Below are positions 31,024-40,048 of a stretch of DNA of 64,000 nt, in pieces (positions within the stretch are counted from its first letter, which is position 1; each line of letters begins with the position of its first letter). The notes below the pieces were generated by a model that did not search any database, was not told where the DNA came from, and was given only the letters and a program-made list of their open reading frames with translations. The position numbers and the translations under genes were made by a program. The DNA comes from an uncultured Spirochaetota bacterium (GTDB lineage Bacteria > Spirochaetota > UBA4802 > UBA5550), in assembly GCA_963827275.1 (NCBI GenBank), contig CAWHAA010000008.1, positions 224,001 through 288,000 on the forward strand. The letters run 5' to 3'.

Positions 31024-33387
31024 TCAGTTCGAGATTATACCCGCATAGGTTAACCAGCCGGTCGCGGCCTGGTAGAGGGCGACAGATCCCGGAGATGGCA
31101 CATAGATATGTAGTAACCCCGTATCGCCGTTGAAGATATTGGCCTGGGTCGTTGGCGGATTTTCCGGCTTTGCGTTCACGGTCGCAAGGTTTTCACAGAA
31201 GTGGAAGGCATAATTGTCTATGAAAGTGACAGCGCTGCCGAGTGTCACCTCGACAAGGCTGTTGCAGTCGGCAAAAGCCTGCTCCCCTATACCCGTGACG
31301 GTATTCGGTATTGCGACATTTATCAGGCCGCTTCCCGAAAAGGTATAATTGTTTATAATTGTAACGCTGTCGGGAATGGTCACGGCCGTCAGGGACGTGC
31401 AGCGCAAGAACGCGCCCAGCCCGATGCTCGTGACGCTGTTCGGGATCGTCACACTCGCCATCGATGTGCAGTCGCAGAATGCGTAATCCCCTATTGAGGT
31501 GACGCTGTTCGGCAGCGCCACTCCCGTAATCGCGTTACAGTAATAGAAGGCGTACTGGCCGATTGACACGACGCCGGACCCGATCGTCAGGTTTGCCGCT
31601 GACGTGCAGTTCCTGAAAGCCCTCGTCCCGATGCTCGTGACGCTGTCCGGGATCACTATGCTCGTAATGCCGCTGCAGCCGTTGAAGGCGTCAATGCCGA
31701 TTGTCGCGACATTGGGGCCTATCGTTATACCTGTCAGCCCGGTCAGGCCGTCGAACCCCGCGTCCTCGATCGCAACGACCGGCAGCCCGTTATAGGTCGC
31801 GGGAATCACCACGTTCCCTGACGTGACCGAACCGGCGTTCACGCTGTAGCCTCCTGCGTACATATTATAGGCAAGATTATCGGTTGCCCATTGAGCGTAC
31901 AGGTATATGTTATTATTTATGGTAAACGTGTTCCCCGGCTGGTAATCGGCACCGGTGCCATTCGGCTGGGTGTTCCATCCCACGAAGATGTATCCCGGCC
32001 TGGTAAAGGAATTGGGTTGGACAGTGACATTTGACCCCGCCAGATAGAAGGTGGTCGTGGTGGAGCCGGTGGCCCCGTTCGGATTATAGGTAACCGCATA
32101 CTCAGGCAGGATGATATAGGTCTGCTGAACGATCGGGGAACTGTTCCAGCCATCCAGTATCGCGATGGCGCGGATTGTTATTGTGGACGGCAACGGCAAG
32201 CTGATATAGTCGCCGCTGCCGATCTGTGTGCCGACGCCCTGCGCGGGATCGGTGACGCCGTCCGTGGTGTACCAGATCTCCGCCGACGCAGTACCGCACG
32301 TTACGAGGATTAGCTGATTCGGCGGATAGGTGCCGCTCCCCGGATTTAATACCGGGTTCGACACCGTGCCCAGGGCGGCTGTCGAGAAGACCCAGGTATA
32401 ATCGGCCGCCAGGCCGTTACCTTCAAGGTCCCTCACTCCGGCGGTAACCGTGGCGGTATATGATTCGAGCCCGTCCAGCGCTGCACCTGGCGTGAATATT
32501 GCGGTCCAGGTCAGCGCATCATAGGTGACCGTGCCGCTTACGGGATTGCTGTCACTGTCCGTCAGGGTAAATGTAGAGGTATTGATAGACGTCCCGTCCA
32601 TCGATTTGCTGAAACGGGCTTCGATGACACTCGAGACCGCAACGCCTGCGTCGCCGTTCGCGGGACTCACTGACGTAACTGCAGGCAGGATCGTATAGGT
32701 CCTGCTAGTAATGGACGAATCATTCCATCCCGACAGTACCGCTATGGCACGGAAGATCATATTGGTGGATACGGTAACCGTCCCGCTGCCGCCGGTGATC
32801 GGGGTGCCGACGCCGCTGGCCGGATCGCTGCCGTTGGTGGTATACCAGATTACGGCCCCGGTCTCAGTGCAGCTAATGGTGACGTCAAGCGGCCCGGTAT
32901 ATGGGCCGGACAGGTAATTGAATTCCGGCGCCGGCACTGTGCCCGCTGCGACCGTGGTAAAGCGCCATGTAAAATCCGCCCCAAGGGTGTTCCCTTGGAG
33001 ATCCGCCACCGCCGCGGAAACGGTGGCAGTGTAGGATGAAAGCATGTCCAGCGTCGCGCCGGGCGTGAATGTTGCGGTCCAGTTCACAGCATCATAGGCG
33101 ACCGTGCCGCTTACGGGATTGTTATTGCGGTCAGCAAGGGTAACGGTGGAGGCGCTGATGGAGGCCGGGTCAATGGCCTTGTTGAAACGCGCCTGTATCA
33201 CGACGTCCGTTGCGATGCCCGTTGAATTGTTTTCCGGGCTCACGGACGCAACACGCGGAAGCACATTGCCATCCAGGCCAATGAGCGACAGCAGGTCGGC
33301 ACTGCCGCTTTCAAGCTTGTTGCTCCAGCAGCCGAGAGACAGCATCATGGACGCGACAAGACCCGCGGTCACGAATTTTCTCATCAT
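31024..33387 (-). CDS. Surface lipoprotein: 2x(Ig-like Big_5 + chitobiase/Fn3-associated), InlB B-repeat, BspA-type leucine-rich repeats
   Basis: Lipobox LSLGC; P.V.SVSP..F.K..D..SI; I.YTT.G.DP; F.RPGY.FVGWNT..NGTG; repeated IP.SVTSIG..AF..C. Confidence 0.88.
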   Translation of the reverse strand: MMRKFVTAGLVASMMLSLGCWSNKLESGSADLLSLIGLDGNVLPRVASVSPENNSTGIATDVVIQARFNKAIDPASISASTVTLADRNNNPVSGTVAYDAVNWTATFTPGATLDMLSSYTATVSAAVADLQGNTLGADFTWRFTTVAAGTVPAPEFNYLSGPYTGPLDVTISCTETGAVIWYTTNGSDPASGVGTPITGGSGTVTVSTNMIFRAIAVLSGWNDSSITSRTYTILPAVTSVSPANGDAGVAVSSVIEARFSKSMDGTSINTSTFTLTDSDSNPVSGTVTYDALTWTAIFTPGAALDGLESYTATVTAGVRDLEGNGLAADYTWVFSTAALGTVSNPVLNPGSGTYPPNQLILVTCGTASAEIWYTTDGVTDPAQGVGTQIGSGDYISLPLPSTITIRAIAILDGWNSSPIVQQTYIILPEYAVTYNPNGATGSTTTTFYLAGSNVTVQPNSFTRPGYIFVGWNTQPNGTGADYQPGNTFTINNNIYLYAQWATDNLAYNMYAGGYSVNAGSVTSGNVVIPATYNGLPVVAIEDAGFDGLTGLTGITIGPNVATIGIDAFNGCSGITSIVIPDSVTSIGTRAFRNCTSAANLTIGSGVVSIGQYAFYYCNAITGVALPNSVTSIGDYAFCDCTSMASVTIPNSVTSIGLGAFLRCTSLTAVTIPDSVTIINNYTFSGSGLINVAIPNTVTGIGEQAFADCNSLVEVTLGSAVTFIDNYAFHFCENLATVNAKPENPPTTQANIFNGDTGLLHIYVPSPGSVALYQAATGWLTYAGIISN
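32489..33121. repeat. Intragenic duplication of the Ig-like module
   Basis: 32489-32548 and 33062-33121 match at 55/60 nt. Confidence 0.8.
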
Positions 33388-33609
33388 GAATCCCCCTGAA
33401 CAGGCCAGGACATAAGACATAACACATCACGGATGAATATACTAAGCTTTACCCAATAGATTTAATATATCAGTTATCAATAATTCAGGCAATTATTATT
33501 TTTTCATGCATGTAAGAATAATGGAAGGAATGCCCGGTAAGGGCCAATAATGCACATGATTGAAGGCAAAAAGGGCTGCACAAGGACCTTGGAATGTATA
33601 CCTGGGGGG

Positions 33610-33624
33610 ACCGATAACTATCGG
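33610..33624. repeat. 15-bp palindromic direct repeat, copy 1 (ACCGATAACTATCGG)
   Basis: Identical to 36851-36865. Confidence 0.75.
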
Positions 33625-33702
33625 ACAGGTTTACTCTGACACCCGGTCAGAGTTTCGCCTATCATATCCCTTTCTACGAATAACTGCATCTGGGCGAGGA
33701 GG

Positions 33703-33725
33703 AGCCCGGCACAACGTGCCGGGCT
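33703..33725 (-). terminator. Hairpin at the DUF202 stop codon
   Basis: AGCCCGGCAC-aac-GTGCCGGGCT perfect 10-bp stem; no clear U-tract. Confidence 0.45.
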
Positions 33726-34047
33726 ATTCTTTGTCATCCTGTTTCTTCTGCTCGTAGTATCTCTTCAGACGCTTTTCAATCTGCAGATACCGCAATACCC
33801 CGATGACAATAAGGACCACGCTGATGCCTATCGCGAGATAGCCGATCCACATGATTTCGGTGAAATCCTGCAGCTGGAGGAAGGCGATGCCGCCGAGGAG
33901 CATGTAGAGCGACGTCCTCGAGTAAGACAGCAGCGTCCGCTCGTTTGCCAGCCTGGTGCGCTCCAGGGCAAGATAGTCCCGGAGGATCAGCTCCTCGTTG
34001 TTGTAGAAGATATCCCTGAAAATTTTAAGCTTTTTAAATAGTTCCAT
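33724..34047 (-). CDS. DUF202 (YidH-like) membrane protein
   Basis: RDYLALERTRLANERTLLSYSRT followed by two TM helices. Confidence 0.88.
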   Translation of the reverse strand: MELFKKLKIFRDIFYNNEELILRDYLALERTRLANERTLLSYSRTSLYMLLGGIAFLQLQDFTEIMWIGYLAIGISVVLIVIGVLRYLQIEKRLKRYYEQKKQDDKE

Positions 34048-34164
34048 TTTTGTTGTTCTGTTATATGATAAATACCACGCGCTACCGCGTAATAATATAC
34101 AATCCACTATCATTTTTTTTCAACTAAAATATTAATCAGGCGAAACGCAAAAGCGGCGATAATC

Positions 34165-35938
34165 TCAGAAGAGGGGCCAGAAATACATGATAAGGGGGAC
34201 GCCGATCAGCACGATCACCATCTCAAGGGGAAGCCCCATGCGCCAGTAATCGGTGAAGCGGTACCCGCCGGGGCCCATCACCAGAGTGTTTGACTGGTGG
34301 CCTATCGGCGTGAGGAACGCGGACGAGCCCCCGATCGCGACCGCCATGAGGAAGGGGTCGATCGAAGCGCTTATCCCGTGCGCGACGCCGATGCCGATGG
34401 GGGCCATCAGCACTACCGTGGCCGCGTTGTTTATGATGTCCGACAGGAACATGGTGACGATAAAGACGATGGCGAGCATGGCCCAGGATGGAAGGTCGCC
34501 GGAAAGGCCGAGTATCTGCGACGCGATCGAGATCGGCCCCGCCCGTCGTTTCGAGGGCCTGCCCCACCGGTATCATCGCCCCGAGAAGGACTATGACCGG
34601 CCAGTCCACGGAGTCGTAGACCTCCCTGGCGGGAATGAGCCCGGAGAGCACGAAGGCGACAGCGGCCATGCCGAAGGCGACCTGCACGCTCAGCAGGCCC
34701 GCGGCCGTCAGGACAATCGATACCCCGAATATGCCGAGCGACATGACCAGGTTCTTCCGGTAGCCCATGCGGAGTTCACGCTTGGCCAGTGGCAGGCACC
34801 TCATGGCCTTCATCGTGTCATGAAGCATGTGGCTCCTCCCCTGGAGAAGGATAACGTCGCCGGGCATGAAGACCAGATGGTCGAGCCGGCTCTGCATCCT
34901 GGTCTCCCTGCGGGCTATCGCGAGAAGGTTGAGCCCGTAGGTGGAGCGCATGCTGATGCTGGCGGCGGACTCCCCCACGAGGGGCGAGTCATTCATGATG
35001 ACGGACTCGGCGAGCTCTATGTCTTTCGATCCGCGCGCGTCGTTCCGGAATTTTTTTCCGCCCACGAGCCTGACGCCCCCGTTGTTTATGAATTTTTCCA
35101 GGGCCGCCGCGTCCGCCTCGATTATCAGGATGTCGTTTACCTTCAGGACTTCATCCAGGGACGGCGCATGGATCCTCTTCTTCTGCCTCACCATCCCCAG
35201 GATGTTTACGTCGGTGTCCGTCTTTTTATTTACTTCGGCGATCGTCAAGCCGCGGATTTTAGATTCGCGGACGACCTTCGCCTCCGTGATATACTCGTTG
35301 ATCCTGAAAAGATCGTTGGCGCTGTTCTGCGACGTCCTCCGGGGGAGAAGCCGCCATCCGATGAGCGAAACGAACAGGATGCCGACGGCCGCCACCGCCA
35401 GGCCGACCGGGGCGTACTGGAACATGCCGAACGCCTCGCCGCCGTGGGAGGCGCGTATGGTCGCGATGATGATGTTCGGGGGCGTGCCGATAAGGGTCGT
35501 CATCCCTCCCAGCAAAGAGGCGAACGCTATGGGCATCAGGAACACAGAGGGGGAATTGCCGCCACGGCGCGCGATGAAGATCGCGACGGGCATCATGATC
35601 GCGAGCGCGCCGACGTTGTTCATGAACGCCGAGGCGAGCGCGGTTATGGCGGAAAGCGCGGCTATCTGCAGGACGAGGTTGTTCCCGACCCGTGAAACCA
35701 CCTGCCCGAGAAGGTCGACCACGCCCGACCGCTCCATCCCGGCGCCGATAATCAGCACGCTCGCGACAGTGATGACCGCCGGGTGCCCGAACCCGCTGAA
35801 GGCCCCGGACGGCGGGACTATTCCGGTCACCGTCACCGCGAAGAGGGCGATCAGCGCCACGAAATCGTGCCGTATCCTCCCCCACGCGAACAGGACGAGG
35901 GCGACGCCGAGCGTGATGAACACAATGGCCTGGCTCAT
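34165..35938 (-). CDS. SLC13/CitMHS-type permease with TrkA-C domains (apparent +1 insertion ~34528)
   Basis: SAFMNNVGA, GGMTTLIGTPPN, two TrkA-C repeats, SDIINNAA, FLTPIGHQSNTLVMGPGGY. Confidence 0.88.
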
Positions 35939-36175
35939 GCGCTTCTTTTCACCTTGAAAATGAAACATGCGCCGGAGCGGGGAACAGGCTGAATACGCGC
36001 CTGATTCGCCCCCCGTGCGTCTGATAAGAGAGCGCCCGCCAGCCGCTCCAGTCAAGCCAATTTCTCCAGGCCATTCCCCGGTGCGCGGGGCGGACTGATC
36101 GCCGGCCGGGTAAAATGTGGTTGAATTATCGGCCGTACCGTGCATAAATAAAGACAACCGTAAAAGGAGGCCCCC

Positions 36176-36814
36176 ATGTTCCACCTCTTCACCATTGACG
36201 GAAAAAAGGCCGACCTGCCCCTCGAAAAAATCGGCCAGAACCCGAGGGTCGGCAGAATCAGCAAGAAATACAGGTCCAGGAAGCAGATAGCGGTCGACGT
36301 GCACGGCGGGGATGATCGGCCCGCCCGTGAAGATGTTGACAACCGCTATGTCAGGGAGGCGTACCGGGGGGCCGGGCGCATGGAGGAGACGCGCGAGCGC
36401 GTGTACCGGGCCTTCGAGATAATGAGCTCGCCGGTCATCACCATCGGGCCCGGGGTGACGGCGGCGGAGGCCTGGACCAGGTTCAACGAGCACGGCTGCC
36501 GCCACATGCCGGTCGTTTCCGGCGAGGGGACAATAATCGGGATCCTGTCCGAAAGGGAGCTGCTGAAGCAGCTGATAATCAGCGACGGGAAGGTGGAAGA
36601 CGCGCGCGATATAACCGTCCGGGACATCATGTCCCCCGACGTCATCGCCACGGCCCCCCAGACGGACATCCGGCGGGTCGCACGCGCAATGCTGGAGCAG
36701 CACCTGGGCCTTATGCCCATCATCAATGAAAATGGAGGGCTCGCCGGCGTGGTGACGCGGAGCGACATCCTCAACGCCATCATCAAACATCCCGGCTTCA
36801 GCCTGTGGGCGTAG
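36176..36814 (+). CDS. CBS-domain protein
   Basis: IMSSPVITI..HMPVV..GILSERE; DIMSPDV..MPII..GVVTRSD; GGAGG RBS. Confidence 0.88.
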   Translation: MFHLFTIDGKKADLPLEKIGQNPRVGRISKKYRSRKQIAVDVHGGDDRPAREDVDNRYVREAYRGAGRMEETRERVYRAFEIMSSPVITIGPGVTAAEAWTRFNEHGCRHMPVVSGEGTIIGILSERELLKQLIISDGKVEDARDITVRDIMSPDVIATAPQTDIRRVARAMLEQHLGLMPIINENGGLAGVVTRSDILNAIIKHPGFSLWA

Positions 36815-36850
36815 CGACAGGCAGCCGGGTATTGTATGCTGACCCTTGCT

Positions 36851-36865
36851 ACCGATAACTATCGG
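36851..36865. repeat. 15-bp palindromic direct repeat, copy 2
   Basis: Identical to 33610-33624. Confidence 0.75.
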
Positions 36866-36884
36866 CCATGCGTTGCCCTGTTTA

Positions 36885-36930
36885 TCATGTGAAGCCCCCT
36901 CCGGCACAAAACGCGTCGGGCAGGGGCCTT
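36885..36930. repeat. Hairpin repeat, copy 2
   Basis: TCATGTGAAGCCCCCTCCGGCACAAAACGCGTCGGGCAGGGGCCTT. Confidence 0.6.
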
Positions 36931-37032
36931 GCTGGTACCCTGGCACCGGGCGGCGGCTCGTCAGGGAGCTGGCGGCAGTTGTGCAGGGAAAAAACGGCGC
37001 GTTTATCACGCGCCGTTTTTCCGACGCCGGGG

Positions 37033-38499
37033 TCAGATCAAATATCGGTCGCCAGGTACCCGAGGCCTGATGATCGCCAGGCCCGGAAGGGAAAACGCTC
37101 CGAGCGCGTGATCCGTCACTTCCACGCTTTCGTCTTTAACCGTGAATGTGAGGTTCGTAACGGTCGCCTTGCGGGTGCTCATCTCCAGCTCTGTATCGGT
37201 GACGGCGCCGCTGCCGTTCATCTTCAGCACCATGTAATCGTATCCCCCCGTGCCGTACATTTTCGTGCTGCCGGCGCCGACAAACCCGCCTCCGCTGACC
37301 GGGGCGAAGGCGCGCAGGTCCATCAAGTTTTTTGTGACCTTCACTGTAATTTCACCGCTTGTAAGCAGATAATAGTATTCCCAGGTAGTGGTGTACGTGA
37401 ATGTTTTTTCCCGGTAATTCTCCTGCCACTCTATCGCGCCGCTCGAGGAGAGCTTGATGATCCACGCCGCCTGGTCGAATCTTTCCGTGGCGGTAACAAT
37501 GGATCCGCAATCGTACTCGCTTGTTCCCGCGAACACATACCCGCCATCGGCAAGGGGGTATGCCGCTATCGGCACGCTCGTCGTATAGGTGTTCGAATTC
37601 GACCTGATGATCGAGGATATCTCCCTGGCCCACAGCCTGTTTCCCGACGCGTCGATGCGCAGGACCCATACCGTGTTCCCCCACTGGCTTTCTCCGGCAA
37701 GCACGTATCCGCCGTCCTGCGCCTGTTCAACCGACACGAAGCCATCGTAATTTTCGCCGTACTCAAGGTCCTTGATCCCGCCGGACGGCCCGTAGGTCTT
37801 CTGCCATTCAACCGCGCCGCTCCCGGTCATTTTGATCGCAAAGGAAAGAGAGGTGCCCGGGGAATCCCCGGTGCTCGATGGGAAATAAACACTTTCGGCC
37901 ATGATGCATCCGCCGTCGGACGTGGCCCGTATCGAGAAGTAGGGCCTTCCGTAGTGAATATTGATCTTCTTGCACCAGAGGGTATCCCCGGCCGCGTCCT
38001 TTTTCATCACAACGGAAAATTCATCCCAGACATAGAGCGTATATATCGCGCCCGTGCTTTTATCGACATCAATGGCGCACCAGGACAGGGACCCCTGCCA
38101 GTCATTGCTCTTTTCCCACAATTCATTACCGCCGGAGTCAAGCTTTATCAGGACATCGGATGAATACGTGCCCTGGCCGGCAACGACAAGGTCTCCTTCC
38201 GCGGTCTCGCCGAGCGCCATCAGCGTGAGCCCTTCCTGGCCTGTTGCGAAGCGTTTCTGCCACAGGACGGCGCCCTCTCCGTTCAGCTTGACGATGTCAT
38301 TCGCATCACCGAGCATGACAAATCCTCCGTCAACAGTCGGTATGATTTTGTGGGGATACGCCTCATCGCCCGCGGCGGTCCCGTACGCCTTCACCCAGTT
38401 TGTTATGCCGTCATCGGAGCCGCCGTTATCGCACGATATGCAGATCGCAGCGGCGCCGGCAAGCAGGATCATGATAATCGACATTTTTTTCTTTTTCAT
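37033..38499 (-). CDS. Lipoprotein with beta-propeller repeats
   Basis: MKKKKM..CISC lipobox; repeated K.D..G..W.K.Y/DGG units. Confidence 0.8.
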   Translation of the reverse strand: MKKKKMSIIMILLAGAAAICISCDNGGSDDGITNWVKAYGTAAGDEAYPHKIIPTVDGGFVMLGDANDIVKLNGEGAVLWQKRFATGQEGLTLMALGETAEGDLVVAGQGTYSSDVLIKLDSGGNELWEKSNDWQGSLSWCAIDVDKSTGAIYTLYVWDEFSVVMKKDAAGDTLWCKKINIHYGRPYFSIRATSDGGCIMAESVYFPSSTGDSPGTSLSFAIKMTGSGAVEWQKTYGPSGGIKDLEYGENYDGFVSVEQAQDGGYVLAGESQWGNTVWVLRIDASGNRLWAREISSIIRSNSNTYTTSVPIAAYPLADGGYVFAGTSEYDCGSIVTATERFDQAAWIIKLSSSGAIEWQENYREKTFTYTTTWEYYYLLTSGEITVKVTKNLMDLRAFAPVSGGGFVGAGSTKMYGTGGYDYMVLKMNGSGAVTDTELEMSTRKATVTNLTFTVKDESVEVTDHALGAFSLPGLAIIRPRVPGDRYLI

Positions 38500-38954
38500 G
38501 GCATTTAACCCTCGCATATTTTTTAACATATCCATCTGCCACAGGCCCGGCCAGCTCTCCACTGCCCTGTGCGCCAGGTCGGTGATCGTCAGTTCCGAAA
38601 AATCATCAGTTTTCAAAAGAATATCCGGCTGATGCGCGCTCCTGTCAAACAACGTGAAAGAGAGGTGCGTCATGGCCGCCATGCGCGGCTTTCCCCCATG
38701 GCGGGAACCATGCAGTTCAACAGGATCATGTAGTTTATATTAAACAGATGGACGGACGGCCGCAGTCTCTGCACTGCGGCTCTGTATGTTTATGCTTTTT
38801 CTTTATGTTGGGTCATACTAATTCTTGTTAGTTTTTATTTGCAACAAAAAAATCAGCAATGAATTTAGAATTCAGCAGATCGTGGGGATCTGCGCCGAAT
38901 AAGTTTTGAGCGGCATGCGCCCGGATATCGCTTTACGGTCGAGCTATCGCACGG

Positions 38955-39842
38955 TCAGAATTTCATGCCTATGCTGAAATACGGTATGCCCAGCGGCAAA
39001 AATAGCCACAGGGACTTTATGTACCATTCTTCCAAGGGGAGTATGAAGCCAATATCCCCGAATACATCCCCGCCATGCCCCCTGAACCCGTACATGACCG
39101 CCCACAGCTGGCCGTATTTATTTTTCGAGACGTTCCATGACAGTGATTTATTAAAATCAATCACGAACGGGGTATGTACCTCGAGCAAAAAGGCCCAGTT
39201 CTTGTTGATCGAATACCGGTACCCGAAGCTGGCAAGGACCCCCAACCCTTCTACGATAGAAAATTTACTTTTTTTGTTGAAGCCGGCGCAATCGGCGGCC
39301 ATGACCCCGAGATTCACCATGTGCGGGCCCTTCACCCAGGTCGCGGCAGCATGCCCGCCAAAGCCCATATACACATTCCCGTCACCATTATCCACGTATG
39401 GTACCCAGACGCCGGCAAAGAGCCCCGCGCCGAGGGCGAAATTCCTGGTCACATACTTGTTGAACGAAATATGCGGAATGGCCCCGACGGACAATATCGG
39501 CAGCTGCACCGCGACACCGATTGTCACGTTCGGGTTGACCGTATAATCAATGTCCCATATTCCCGCGGCGTATCCGGTCAGGTGCAGGTCCCGCGGCCTG
39601 TTCCCGAGAGCCGTTCTGCTGAATATGATGCGGTCCTGGGTCTGATCGCAGGACTCGTCCTCCACGGCGGCTTTGTCATCTTTCTTCACGGTTTCATCGA
39701 TTATGACGGTGTTATCAGCGGCGCTTCCCGCGTCTTCCGCCATCAGCAGGACGGATGGCGACATGATAAACAATAGCAATAACGGCAAGAAATTCAACAT
39801 CCCTCCCATCACCCCAACCCTCGCCGGCAACCAGCTTTTCAT
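38955..39842 (-). CDS. Secreted protein, probable outer-membrane beta-barrel
   Basis: Signal peptide; alternating beta strands; C-terminal YFSIGMKF. Confidence 0.65.
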   Translation of the reverse strand: MKSWLPARVGVMGGMLNFLPLLLLFIMSPSVLLMAEDAGSAADNTVIIDETVKKDDKAAVEDESCDQTQDRIIFSRTALGNRPRDLHLTGYAAGIWDIDYTVNPNVTIGVAVQLPILSVGAIPHISFNKYVTRNFALGAGLFAGVWVPYVDNGDGNVYMGFGGHAAATWVKGPHMVNLGVMAADCAGFNKKSKFSIVEGLGVLASFGYRYSINKNWAFLLEVHTPFVIDFNKSLSWNVSKNKYGQLWAVMYGFRGHGGDVFGDIGFILPLEEWYIKSLWLFLPLGIPYFSIGMKF

Positions 39843-40048
39843 ACTCCCCTCCCTTCATTCATTTCCCGAAAAATTGCACATCATTACGGCATCACGCACG
39901 AATACCCTTCGCACCTCTTTACTGAAAAGGATGCTCGTTTTTCATGCGGGCCATACTGTTGGAAATTACCTGATGGAAGTCAGTAAATCTAATACGATGC
40001 GGCCAGTATCCCCGATTGTTATGAACAATTTCGGAGAATCCGGATCTG

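Noticed and set aside
31200..31760. Periodic repeats that might suggest a CRISPR array or DGR
   Set aside because: They are degenerate ~69-bp coding LRR units; no identical repeats with spacers, no cas gene and no reverse transcriptase.
35939..37009. N-terminal ~350 aa of the 928-aa ORF 34223-37009
   Set aside because: It is the antisense of the CBS gene; the permease starts at MSQAIV (35938), so there is no real fusion.
38593..39875. CCGAAAAAT shared upstream of the two genes following the AraC regulator
   Set aside because: Too short and A-rich to distinguish from chance.
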